Program-made: the position numbers and the translations under genes
Shown: in pieces, positions 55,901 through 58,293 of the stretch
How positions within the stretch are numbered: the stretch's first letter is position 1
Layout: every line of letters starts with the position of its first letter
Notes under the pieces: model-generated
The model's input: the letters and a program-made list of their open reading frames with translations, nothing else
Told to the model about the DNA's origin: nothing
Databases searched by the model: none
Source: Candidatus Omnitrophota bacterium
GTDB lineage: Bacteria; Omnitrophota; Gorgyraeia; 2-01-FULL-45-10
DNA length: 64,000 nt
Direction: 5' to 3'
Assembly (NCBI GenBank): GCA_028715345.1
Contig: JAQUSB010000006.1
Location: forward strand, 4,096-68,095

Positions 55901-58048
55901 CCTCAAAGCTACTATCTCCTGGATGTGCCTGCCGGGCCCTCTTAATAATATCCTGCCGCTATTTATCCTCCTTACTACATCCGGTTTCAGGGCATCGACC
56001 AAGATCTCTGTATACGCGATCGCCAATTCTTCGCTTATCTCAAAACCAAAGATAACAGCCTCGGCATTAGTATCTTTAACTATAGTCTCATAGTAAGGCC
56101 GGGGCGATAATCCAGGATCATAGCCTGTTATGATCTTAATATCTCCGGAGTCGACATATCCTTTAGCCGCGGAAGTAAATACTGCTTCGCAGGCATTGTA
56201 GATCAGGCTCGCCCATTCCTGCTTCGCACTTATTACCTGCACAATAAGAGTCTCCGGCTTCATTTGTAATTCGGACATTGTATCCTTAAGCCATGCCGAC
56301 CTATCGCAGTTATCCAGCAGGTCCCTCGCCAAAGCGGGTATGCCCACTTTTGGCCCATCATCATACTCCCATAAATACAGGCGTTTCATGGCCCCGGCAT
56401 GGTTTCCTTCCGCTACCATTTGCTGTAAAGGCGTTATTAAACGTTCAACCGCCGCCTCGACATAACCGGCCTGAAAAGACTTTATGTAATCAAAAACTTC
56501 TTTAAATGCCTGCTTTCTCCATTTCAATATTTCATCCAAATGTTCTATCCAGCCTTCAGGGGGTTGGCAGGATTCGAATATGCCGGGACGAATACCGGAA
56601 AGATATTTATACAACTCCTCGGTCGATTTAAAAGAAGGGTGATCTATATTTAACGTATCATGAATAAATTTATCCGCCTCGGCAACTGTCCATTGAGTTT
56701 TATTGTCGGGATCATCCGGTTTAGGAGCATTACTGAAATACGCCGTCGCCGCAATACCTGAAAATATACCTATGAGAATAGCTCCTATGGCAAGAACACT
56801 GCTCCCTGACAATTTGCCTCCCGCGGCGCCGAGCGTAGCCGCGAGAAGATCGCTCTGCAAGATCAGCACAAGGGCTGTGGCAAATATACCGTAAAGCGTA
56901 AATCTATTAAGTATGGCCGCGGCTATTCTTCTCCAGAAAGGAGACGCGCTTACGGCCGTGTCAGGTTTCTGAACTTCAGGCGCCGGAGAAGATGCGGCGT
57001 TAATTGCAGGCGAAAATTTTTGTAGCGCAGGGGCATCGAACGCGGAAATTATTTCTCCGTAGTAATGGTTCCCCTTACCCCACACGCCTTTTATTTGCGC
57101 TTCACGTCTTTTCAAATAGTTTTTATGCGACGCTACTGCATCTTTTACGCTTACAAACCAGAATTTCGCGATGCCCGCTCTCCATAATTCCATAAGAGCA
57201 AGGTCCATAAGGAGAGTGCCTGTGCGCTCTTCTCTATAAGCAGGCAATACCGCCCTGTAAGCTATATACCCTACCTCTCCGGTGTCGCCTTTATCGATAG
57301 TATAGGCCGTAAAACCTATCACACGGCCGCCCTTGTCGACAGCAAGTACCACGGTATTATTTTTAAGCATAGAAAGGAATTTTTCTCTTAAGCCTCTATC
57401 CGCACCTTCCCTGGAGAGATACCATATATTAAACAGCTTCGTGGTGAGATTATCGACATCGTCCTCATATTGCTTCATATAGTCGCCGGGACGATAGTAG
57501 GAAATGTCGTGCTTCCGGGCGGGTTCTGTTTGTTCATGCGGCGGCGTAGCTTTTTTAGGCGCCGGCAATTTCCCGGTCTTGAGATATTGTATCCGGATGG
57601 GACTTCCCTCAGGCATTTCTAGCTCTTTGATGGGCTCGGTCGAATATTTGGACGGCCCGGCATTGCGGTCGTAGAACCTGAGCATATTTCCGCCGGCTAA
57701 CGTCACGAATATTTCGGTTTCACCTTCGGAGTAAGGCGTGGCCCTGAAATTCTCATTTTCGAGCTTATTCAGGACGCTCCTTACGGCAGGCAATTGGACA
57801 GTGGCAAGAGGTAATCTCGATTTTATTATTTGATAAAGATATGCGGCATAAGCATCATCTGAGGCATGCTTAAATAAAGATTCGGGAGCGAGTTTACTAT
57901 TTTCGGACCTCGAGCATGAGATCGGATCGGGATGGGCCCAGGCAATATCCTGAGCAAGGAAAGTCACGACCAGGATCGACGCTATGATCCTGACCGCTTT
58001 CGGAAACCTGCGTGGTAGTGGTTTTTCTGCGCTCGCTTCGCTATTCAT
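25904..58048 (-). CDS. Giant multidomain secreted/membrane protein (~10,714 aa from ATG 58048)
   Basis: Single uninterrupted reading frame of 32.2 kb. The ORF-finder extends it to a TTG at 58108.
Domains (plus-strand nt): signal peptide (~57950-58020); GNAT fold (~57050-57400); SAM-MTase folds (~55560-55990, 50480-50960, 48400-48780, 41800-42180, 41140-41560, 31220-31570); GHKL ATPase (~54430-54880); HD domain (~38060-38400); kinase-like domains (~36600-37100, 33750-34400, 30000-30600); histidine phosphatase RHGETYGN (~28560-29170).
TM clusters (plus-strand nt): 56720-56930, 54180-54420, 51250-51520, 47040-47470, 44590-44900, 43030-43470, 37560-37720. Confidence 0.85.
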   Translation of the reverse strand: MNSEASAEKPLPRRFPKAVRIIASILVVTFLAQDIAWAHPDPISCSRSENSKLAPESLFKHASDDAYAAYLYQIIKSRLPLATVQLPAVRSVLNKLENENFRATPYSEGETEIFVTLAGGNMLRFYDRNAGPSKYSTEPIKELEMPEGSPIRIQYLKTGKLPAPKKATPPHEQTEPARKHDISYYRPGDYMKQYEDDVDNLTTKLFNIWYLSREGADRGLREKFLSMLKNNTVVLAVDKGGRVIGFTAYTIDKGDTGEVGYIAYRAVLPAYREERTGTLLMDLALMELWRAGIAKFWFVSVKDAVASHKNYLKRREAQIKGVWGKGNHYYGEIISAFDAPALQKFSPAINAASSPAPEVQKPDTAVSASPFWRRIAAAILNRFTLYGIFATALVLILQSDLLAATLGAAGGKLSGSSVLAIGAILIGIFSGIAATAYFSNAPKPDDPDNKTQWTVAEADKFIHDTLNIDHPSFKSTEELYKYLSGIRPGIFESCQPPEGWIEHLDEILKWRKQAFKEVFDYIKSFQAGYVEAAVERLITPLQQMVAEGNHAGAMKRLYLWEYDDGPKVGIPALARDLLDNCDRSAWLKDTMSELQMKPETLIVQVISAKQEWASLIYNACEAVFTSAAKGYVDSGDIKIITGYDPGLSPRPYYETIVKDTNAEAVIFGFEISEELAIAYTEILVDALKPDVVRRINSGRILLRGPGRHIQEIVALRHVFPDAEITVADINWNNLFEIKNMLEARRDIRGKDKIVLAHTSFDRMSCFDGGRFDAEMSNYVIDDSLGGITNAGFINHTIPLWLEETKRVMRTGGVYLSYAANPDQLTRSGFSVKELGQRFDFDRCKVVASQDASVFRDDIASNRSDIDSVWDVLSKKRMRSGPLMLGLIVLTLFPGLKDLLDRKLRACIDFIAAIISRPHGQRGDDYGIMVEKVKEFGHDFDSCMRTILTLAEFVQMSKTQNREILAYCSAITAYCDCLRLISIDAGWYNATGENREKMESDIRNFTGSCRGLLPLLSDDNIGRLLNEYDSQYPGEEKPVDPRDFEYSVKTVAWILGTADQPYEFDINEILDVAVHWELRRHNIRCEISSGNIAAFGVKSEIFRAVLNVLRNAREKVAEIDGGRVTIDAVMDGNEIVLTISDNGPGMEPEKVRLFNEDAIVGSDKAPDRIGSGLNIIREMIQKRGSVKASAVYDGPERGTTFTFRLPVTPKKGPTPVIMVGIVPVIAFPRLFDWLKTKRGNLTDFIKSESAALGIGMTAKAVLVFAILGVSIIKILIALGLIPGFNEFLKEAVPWLAVVAGVSISGNLLTEPVKKTSPRHSAPRKAIVALNKKAIALIAPGKFDEAYAAIEEACSILDKNKDDPETADVRKEVGHVIDTLRSLLIRLSKKGQLDREKIVVDRMYRLFAEFRIGLYNDITRAKGPLIAKASSLLANDLMRARGGENYPETKELLDRAYRIFLFLKIRKEDALVEEIKPQLQYIEGCYCDLATIIKGKDIKTARLMVEKARRIFDLYKDDPAAVGMNKEAAFVMAGYQNIAVTLAQTDPEGAEAALDTACEIYEGSKPNKEAFEAIRSNAHHFIITHNNLGNIFWEMNMKDKARLDMLYKADKMLGRACRLLNELKPATTNLKAQVKPMMNIQNKIALSFVRAGKYYNASVTLSRSYQLFKEYKDDPVTRNVKDGARYVLNAYLRLCEETHRTAGIVGDKKYGSRILSEAANVAKDIVMIPYLDPDVYARADDILRIADPNRAGAVADVEYPDLVMADAKARRRLLSSAEMYGTPLYVLRNYFKGVREAARAQKMDPEEIKRDINEEYKKYGRTAPVEGPREGFIRILSDKDIQDAVAPLPDFLLKDITYRRIDPMEGDIGAISFQDQLPDGVIYRGEIAIPDIPRDLLASAVQAMIDTEVAPSRPLLSEADQVEFLRETYKLVIAHEVGEVFSHAMYPHLDAWFKTVFLYREKKSLERISRSGASDPRHELCDSMMLYFHPGHPLLRKYSISDEEKSVIAELLHIASQRPHSAYFVSNHVDKFSERVEKIPAVEYVMHNHIRFKYLFNIKLIEEAAAAAGLMLKHEKDKAEGQLDIYDGENKCGYIGISRSFGRGHAVSSHTIIEIQPDIGIPPLAKVEKFINYLNEKTMSDNAAAAKGVLWILKRPVIWLAGKLGKQIDDDEYDDEIAPIIEEGIFTGLPLALYPNSFGVFILFRLAFIALHLFSARSPAQFIEKTAIPSLISVIVTLPAIIAINATGVSAIAANVSAVLVAMLIHSAINMLVPDINQKLKSLGIKFRIEKAAIKKKGKAADSLDQAGPEQEKEPAENTVHETGYSALADFIDIAVNRGHQHLILENGTIFKRGMDWDDLSAAIDELDVKGKSVLYIAEGPDLIPLFMLATGARQVVVYDIGNRYIIEEWKGVVSTHRRFFGRSGIDLEEALSIHAGSISDTVKTANIGSQFDRIVCVNIINPRSYKSEGWVDKAPGITGRAGLISLVNIIKSSLNKDGGKIYYNMAGPAEPDIDAEFRKAVCGDIFDIKGSKESFGWRYYSLKDEEYRSAPAHIIELSKKSGAKPQAAEAGATSPAIVNVELEAGRHILSAVLADVDTNNPLKRNGIKFRDFTDDKGKYKYEVWGVQHEIETGGSSYSPLIIEMRLNSATEMIECIFTRSRDGVQTVRMAEMNSAGYYVLGGAIKKMHKDYSSYDKVGTAIRVAIGKVKDMIDNRGLIEELARHNGISSGEISRILNASYERMEAYLKDGLLYEFEAQKIRERGKAPKLIFCDERGLYVCSYILDPEKGNDALAKTLPLMVLKALSRSIAPSPAAAKKFMKIMDPEDELDVVQMQRDMGRKEAVIMDPEPLFPVEEIISTAFELYMESGYIRKPALKDVVERLNLRRSNDRKMLLTTAQYKLKKLIISGTISAGDLQISDTDFLRKAVAGKPDDDEMDGDDEDDEYGDENENIGPSEPVTVKKGKTGQRRKAGGGKSRPAWWSGRRGAQWVPAAVYDAAAGALIGAPGFEIGREMARTAQRFGAKAFLRMDEISGQGRTDTGNEVLQNDKEAEVNTEQNEFLALIWVSRRFSKTEEMFGGEAAPAIRGVMQEARSAGHSPRGLVIGAGAGHYIYDMRKQFPELSLDFINKNNIRLHERHYRLLGPDYQEFTDYFFKNIREHDVDRGLPFPDGSFDVLIITFESLRYMRQKNMILRECKRVLKKGGIAFIEGVECFDVCDGSGRVMDPGELCDWLNAASEKPQYRHYEAQGSGRKMYNLRIDNLYPEVSFPEMEPVSEPEVNIVDCRPAGKLPPTYICHYRIPGNQSLAVTADDRQIGKLDIDILRKLGCDSHFIEAAEYFNSVSGEPLTWPKIITLFELYRGDRQNPEYTDEIKQQRISSAEESLGYILELVNHKYANGENVIAYAGDIYAHIIQREIFIGGGRRADFSGEDVLLRGFDTIPDLSGGNTHPASGHHRLAWFLMNYLLIGNGYTPLYLNKSEWEQEGVLGAVGSRKIADVLKARVKKIKHAAVPVKRNAESESGFASRPPSGIGWFYSLALLPPLEAWVRVCWYEMGKGIGGLAGGWIGLIAASAILILLHDVNTKRYVEIYKYHNGKAPSAAGTAMAVFIMPSVVALISLWLTYVYAAAPASFLYKEYLIYHVLANIIVILHNKIFPKTPLMPASPQLFRTPISGEQIAKLRALMEQAELPEEKFLVMMREQFGITSLDRIPDEILYIHEIRRMIKEYGAEERFMRSQGYTIRSVPPASISETEITEGREWLIAAINEEARIVGIVKANWGADRVDFGAETLLEKMLLDGNRSDALNRLSALRRLEPGELNSDTAGKILKAMREKADMFAPKVFYDRICKDGIVPPGEEMRARVWDELADRLKSSMPGWDRKLTPAVLYRVLDVLDAARESLRCYKEGLNALPVSYVRRMVKRLAVGRDKQYAASDTYFVNMDSEDEALVDEQEKAWREASNHRKKIENAAAKRLRKEADAIKSRKDQAAIAGKWRAIPLNIQAGADMRRYANRVKGIGAKTAGLLKDGSLRARAIIYDYPEYSDSFELLTSTSDNETNSAERLANGNIVFVVRGRPQIRNMDTGAYVSLADGEGNYISNANCITVDEKESIFAAAGDGRVFEYGPDGRFIKEYDTADKEMEAEPASMAVFERKLYYWDYARQSIMVMDLTSGEKERVGSSLYGGNGYDRTECMEVHLSIDRVNRILIVAGHPEVYVMPVSIVNFFDIDRKAFVNDKKASAEGAANPAAAVFNYIINQPVGIMHGRDGTGTRFYIAEETVSSPARIHLYTETAEGFREAGYIPVPFGKVFGLTVSPDSGSLTILGYLKHYEVKKCLGVYELSAEAVNTLLRKTETGRDIVGMIPWVSYLFDKKGWDKRGQSRFEQKWFGIGNLLLSAALAYFSDYNLLLALCGSIAVTWTLFFAAHAISAPGVRGPPLSDALAIALLNAVPLFVVSILYLAAVLPLAAAVILAALIYYRTSGIHHEQNLKYFKYEQEIFAKRLAPSRLDVTRRQFDFTAMNVMYGAGSMLSRFSLLRPMGEVIKTYAESRTDSTLLDEPMPIRARTNIEGYDAIDRAFRAQAESGNVRVPLNNQMINIFLVSQGMLLKEWHRIIDLPENKSLKDKVAAAEEKARDKVRKRHPSWQRYLAAELNESGISISERRKFLPYIQIGFVNKETRRELTETGCFNEVIAKILPQQLEVERALGSMPHQDLAELDARIGRGEGLNLPEIKRKALRQLEKDIVRLKVFLADMRDGKYFNGIRGDVIDYLLIETEIGRLENNLKVLTSTTAPSEARPQGAVKKMAAGRVPQNPLKSTDGPRSYLKPAGDWLTSDGMPEDLGGGTPRPAPQDRLPGSRVKEDGESANLLSGKIDKAPVVSLEDMDDDRPSGSIALSSSSGISWFSSLIIMPLLEEGVRVMGHNMGEGVGGIIGGLAGVIFASLLLVLLHDVNVPRYVSLYKANNNKEPSASDTIQGVFTAPIAVMLISLWWTFKSPGAPAICLYAGYVITHVIVNIIIMVYNKLFPKEPLMPASLKIEHERYQEGHHKVYFTIKSGPHRLGDIKYDLDPVNYPGKIYVNYLYVYDETRKEDVRFRLMKLVLEDAKGYKKDVVMPSIVKKEIKAYAKIAKRLNIGIKLEGGRLVFMASVPLPDKQKTASKSNPDPYLDIRRSPDNGEDRVFPRREESRPGMAVNAIGMYGPAKKAIRIEKRLGELENDKMPKLKVIELREWLTAQQIMEAGMKYRVTSPDFNTEDAYVSTSIAPQENTRYHFVGNFIEEAMKTDTGPYSFKPDLKGANVLFIGPGTNPKAITRLIKQYPEIGAIHLVDVSWDVFYALDYFLDEQFHGKPTPKIYGYRMNVLELPEEFTGMMDIVTERCIFDTVKAMPFDRGQAAQARKEIGRILKPGGIHISVEPFAITRYPEDPFVRFVGKFSLNVPYIDDISGTVEETAYVHIKMAPENRQTGPTVTKPITASVIADAMDRELGTYDWMRSNTAYMIDGIGIGQDDDVLCIGSGPLADHAVFSAIKGARVDLCQPPYYEIRDIGAIEQTKCFEGKVNFYKRLMEKIFGYDMIGERIDTGTYRGRVQDVDLPKNHYSKIFLLNVLDELGDSERNDLIAAVLPLSKPDGVILLSALSRDKEPQMIGSLIRIGKMCGYEIKETGRIFEYDKRVYELKVIRADSRAQVKTEGRKAAVGGGRQRPWPGRHGAQWAAAAASAVIKGDILGTLGREIGNEMIRTARNFGARAFRSVEDLQGGGAPAYGEASAIATLNVDMHGKPAGAMASILLSAGLNFREDLKIEYSMIERGGGVSPIKNRFDAGGIMLNTSDLVPGARIKIFVNSNKLSSRACQVIADHIAAAAALYKEEGLFDAVPVKGTVIALAESNGTFIEALKKEGVDIARYHVQPNYKHWLHPTERNDMKELQDGYRADPGVSHAEISDFIKSIEGDLFAALKEEGVSDLQSRESGVISVLLAELLSERFNVPIGGNDEVRIEVTPGLYKNKDAPDIYHAWAAVYTGNEKPALYIDAAFGRFGSEYKDTIIVGPYSKKDRHLKDMRTFFTEILTELGMSIADAEALSGMPQGRRTEQRIVAAYKEYLRAESMRRGEALFPSGTAERDLIERLKKRLAMPAPRDLFASGGKVMPGPISSRRISWQEALARKNDLLKIISRHEGRAALYVHIGGKYVADPHEREVYLANLKTALREETGVVFVIGGDYENLQDVETRAVIVDVPSVTPYNPTPSIGVRVDLDTTEGCRPAWKKLVVAMREMGVEEISPFGGELAEFSSSGGVRVADEDLSGCVGSALYFLQDDFPVKVFPQLCAASSGNRHINVRSSIGLGSYRIRAPAHSDLLADTASMAPVSRPAPLIPVAYTSSGFLNRYLQENPSNKGWLYHRTWIGVIWLILSRNEVSLRRPTWFLNRVPLLEVAKGMGLGRKILETPSIALAFDAKKLVDLGISFSPDFGVISNKAVPLSALTDDSKKELIKALVALSFISPDFPLPDSQKIASVLGFEDVNEVSRLLEEALPGPDSESTALRESLNELLLWGGRGGQYDIRKTLDFVSSDRLGYAKAFTAAGRKLYGHTLIVARNFERSGMAGDLPKIPNLDVPALFRLTLMLHDIGKPMAEDEGDKNRQYTYTPQIIRKLMNRLKFTPAEIDFVVSLIEKDSIGLMVRGIKSVDEAFAEIKDMAIKSGVGLENFFKILTIFYISDVSAYGFGQSITPDGRHIRNDHYNALAKRVSEAAAEKNAAVKKKIIAAYGLEGELSQSVTAENKGLDGLGESGSAPIFNIIKILPLALVALAVYYNYGLVPAAAVMTAAFAGILAWNMLGDYYLRWASEAWQKARLDPEVNKGRVESYYNTLAVVAAAAERLRIGELPLKEKLTPPLNIGILNEDFSLLWCIDNLQEAIRALYPDSPLISEPAPYGSAVVRASDLHAYLEQVLRVISNDKGGQPKITRAPAKIDISRLNTGQAIILGGKEYEVEKRNFAHGGDDKKLVVEVDTGLRFIIEPIEGREKEIELCGGFLKHPCHAKVHAVYKDEGVYLMPDYGTLSLAEHIRYSALEGMPLREYLSARVNEIIWLYEAVSEMHSKGIAHGAVDAERPHILYSSGLPHIVDYEIPYRDGERDYRMCLYGDLRALLGIAECVAKEAYQAYGENDDVKRLTAEIRSMISELPFLPDSSAAVTSSGRIIKQLSGYLDSIGMVRLPAPSYGKNALMRTYPAGRQISPYKTSSGAVWTFGIGDTMDVGPEEQVRIVVGNPPEETDPWGESDIGRTNTPRPAPKTENASAPGAEYDWIKTEAKKHASIIYEFLASEMRRLDAKQEYMVFIGGAGYKLYVLARFLAPDFGLDPDADIKYLDFPRTIYERSPKDGILSYLRKNKNIVGNDERHARMVDVMWDGHAIDRLNEYLEILYPGRFAPLERNKNCILFARHPDANLDIPGFNDTVGFDEIKQKNIEDAAIWLEASLRAPARYVGGVDTAGNIIPCTINRGIISQQPAKLELAPARIDAVGEEIELSVLQEEIRSLHIKEKTGRESLPAPDRDAKPQVEKAQAAAAGVPDKPEMQPGKEGMDRRAFLEAGLMSPFQISPLGHIIVGKVASSSGIPAEAIEAVYTDLFGKCLPETTVEYWDRIQEDHAYAYVDAYPAEIAKLQKETGRSIGESISAYIARRLLSRGDALIAKIKRYRDIVASGEGPIELYPILLDRLTGNTIYDSTRKNAAQNKLDLGRQVDYLIARRMDSIDTENELLEKIRKAKEGGEEYENLERSLRERIVQNEKAIAALREFAKHTDDAQRETIIKLCDERIKHYHGAVEIFKTNIRANAPIYGEKWGEFIANRLSRSGAAVQNKEAAPVPSGDNAVVRAQMPGEGKGEKFIPGQTVKGQARSFVITGLGPRQHAMSNIYEAEDIGASSKVAIKYNVKLIEADFINEIAMAKRLSTRGYKFIPRFIDAAPDNSWYAMEWIEGEDILTWSRGKKPETVLGAVKEFIDAADKLSEEGIVYSDYKISHMLVTAEGGFRLTDFGSWFISGDRQNVFETYQWKIGDTLAVLATGEVNIPGGVENPDKLKEYITGSGSGDWLPFAEMISQIKSGMYKSFKEMRAAVDMAIAASAEPAKPQGGAANQLSVAKTAVPQAMRGRIKALDDFGGNPLHPLPSEARGVWQPQVSRRDFMKWTAAMAKGLAVPDGEGVIAAFKSMENLGTPEANKDWARIVYVFSQNPTLFTRLRTELNVARLYPDIPGFIRRQYGQVVMEAIYKVRMAEAGLGRGVIQYKLLPTDSKDWTDSVPEDVSLDEAFHDKAAPAISMQEADAKLNSMVNDICLQAEPMFADRDFRGTITEALQGELSLNSRKEILLLRWLEDMFYKGPDEVARRIKRALELDQEASSAAFEELTKAIFKVTPMTGRDIIIMGIPEARIVRFKTSERKIWARLVYTDVEKRFGYASEKLSGVMRVLGRVLPDDMRSMIFQSKGAQAFNAYWSKERAVWRQAWQEAKQAVLREDAAVSEKPAEAATPQQTAVAEGKDTAIPKPGKYARIEPDAAGIPVHTSRKTGPVPAFAETEIDLTKVDLFKIDTGKPLAEKVMKAAEENNFSVQLRKDAGVEASAPEAMELFLKHVLMNIIANLKHHEYRYSFGGGGTASNYVVARIYPCNEPYDGIRLEIWGPGSNKLPEELTAKEWFTTKDRPWPGEKAPNSARGVKTGAGGGVSAMFYALETIEESIAMPEGASITVGWQDDILHEGPKPGGHIIKIQIPLPRNTQGEEAKAASRIEDGKIARLSSVLSRPEYQSPYQQGDATGVDGDVGIYVGSDIYALRELFANLCDENLQPVSIKGKKLFDAGSGRGDVLFTAAVCGAGLADGSELDDKLRGLTAKIRTALEGENIIGKGIVNIPAERNDNDFTKKDLSGYDIVVYVDRGAFPREQETLYRNFAGQAKPGAMFIILNLTTADNYFEKFFPAARFTGYKVPNSMVPSFPSMVFVKKTDEYSATKPAATKTEPDVAAEHGSSLGGDEFLNNDRPASSPFGGRPRRRSDRKESRWDVFDRFIRKLNTVDFEVIEKAETAKNIGEKRDILNRIGIEEALEVDAAYLVSAIRKVHENLKPSAETSGKAVVWTDMLSYGGVGRYLICYKDEDPADGFVAKVPNGEHAMAYADIYSLDGAKIAMKRLGQGPAADLMIIDTRAAQQKPFVFYTETQGRVESKVAIVQRKVLPLIDYLKPLGRKGCSDDELKRAISYVDKFKRLVIAMYKRGVVDIDTHNIVGNYGIRKSDDDLTIFDVGDISESADAAREFVDNIDSFNKRIADSFTEIEGVFLDERIAGHFMKNPFRREDFIDNGNDLFGSEYDPEKSIMKFPYTEDEIRCLFVGVSLHRRESRSPFVVSVGSSAFADSVKNRQPTPEELSYLVNIKAVHDAAGTGRDIGFAISPDLPTDSIIRLINGRFIIYVSEKEVSDIITGRATSARRAKFEHFSIPHEIDHMATNASGDVVSEIDATMRTLTRLTTLDERMFAEVCLDNPHVKALLQAVGIDTGKDNLKNELARAISQRSILVKNIAIMLSEFDLDVRAEIYRKGGIDKIVEEVVIVPPKKSVPQRKTGTDPYAAVRPEDMGGSILVDDSTGRIRFGEAGFIEPEFDLWMVRHGETYGNAEGIFQGMLDEPINKLNKRGLEQAGSAAIELFRQLEVRIISGEKIVILTSQLSRAKDTAKAFVDLVKERTGVVVETAPDELLNEINFGIWDNKREDQLSAEEAALATRYRKGLDATIRPKGGQSFIDMIKRSRDLMIKLNSQYKNRTVVAFGHGTQTSAMRAAMGDRNLLDASSQIDWRKNMLPNATPVLYKNKALLRRTYVALFTTVTDINTPGLLIHGHVAAHLDPEDRVDSLLSIFREGIKPWNDLPPRFKKYDFVGRGDPSKVSLSMVGKLGYSSTSACNSIWGAPDPALKWRIDSDELWKDHKFDLALIISPYYLRQHINDFTACGEFFKDTHVMSSNYRDETGSIYSNIRYEEAHLVKDPTHDEVHTKYVPPEAIVGVIVYDQYAEEFRDFFVKEFPDRSLRVFNQDGKLLFDIDASMPAAALGRGSSQVGDDTTKISEAHKVDGAMRRDDGAKHRAIFPQAGGPTAPDTQALREMQSPLRSGGALRFASGMPEKPEEASGIPGVVKFARARYTRDPFSYIELHFGVGKPLSSECPSIAWTISASYDEWRIEFYDTNELSTQDNMPSLVAGISLAQKSKGIRLESRSAIPDLHPLRKTLPIICEKLGSLAHLLGISFVDNTGIAPAAPSPAPSAGAEELIWNENVTEQTLAEMVEGGRFEYNKAIGNEKQVTAYRFIAKLIQDTVNKRHPVLNQSTRDIVNGNINWLFWGVMTPDELQKEIGDPDAISGNISRGYSNSAEVDFNALCDLMDIGTEVYLTLSRAIIKKYGAANAESTGVWQSSAWIINFRDQLDNAYRHIRSSPEAEEFIKKAMAKVDSFMKSFYPVEPSPEQEPSAASERRSSDGEDDLADETQIVTDAAGANAGDEVSDMITAADRRFRESLAATPLPAGAQIVFSERLFETEDAEHLRGLVGNDKPVRVGSFDEIKEIASREDVDRTAGEGTAACIMTRDEFTRLCKQRGLEQNPEKLKATILVISKLEGTNYLYLEAVADLAKAMMEKDTARIKMGMNFLFGDVQVTDEILTDSLALALSVILRFKPVTKIDVEDRLNHYKKMVEDALMAA

Positions 58049-58092
58049 TTGCCCTATATAATGTTTTATTCTTTTAACAAGACAAAAATAAA

Positions 58093-58131
58093 AAGACCAG
58101 ATCGCCAAGCGTCTCTAGGCTATCTGGTCTT
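58093..58131 (-). other. Perfect 10-bp inverted repeat hairpin plus T-tract in the giant-gene leader (terminator/attenuator-like)
   Basis: AAGACCAGAT (58093-58102) and ATCTGGTCTT (58122-58131) flank a 19-nt loop. On the minus strand the hairpin is followed directly by UUUAUUUUUGUCUUGUU (58072-58092), about 25 nt upstream of ATG 58046-58048. Confidence 0.5.
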
Positions 58132-58293
58132 ATATTAAGATATATTTATCGTAAAATGTAGCTAAATATATTTTTCTTAAGACCCTCAACTCCCCCGAGT
58201 TTTTTAGCGGGGATCCTAGAAAATATGTATTGTAAGAATACCATATTCCAGGATATGAGTCAAGTGCTTAAAGCTAACTTTTTTTACTTTAAC

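Noticed and set aside
26148-57195. Dozens of 60-250-aa plus-strand ORFs inside the giant-gene interval
   Set aside because: Opposite strand to a domain-dense continuous minus-strand frame. No RBS or homology support. Treated as shadow ORFs.
58106-58108. TTG at 58106-58108 as the giant-gene start (ORF-finder call)
   Set aside because: Lies in the loop of the leader hairpin. An in-frame ATG at 58046-58048 is immediately followed by a signal-peptide-like sequence. The TTG extension would add 20 non-signal residues.
25904-58108. Giant ORF as an assembly chimera or collapsed tandem repeat
   Set aside because: Internal repeats are divergent (about 45% identity), not near-identical, so misassembly by repeat collapse is unlikely. 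The frame is continuous and the enzymatic domains are intact. This still needs long-read confirmation.
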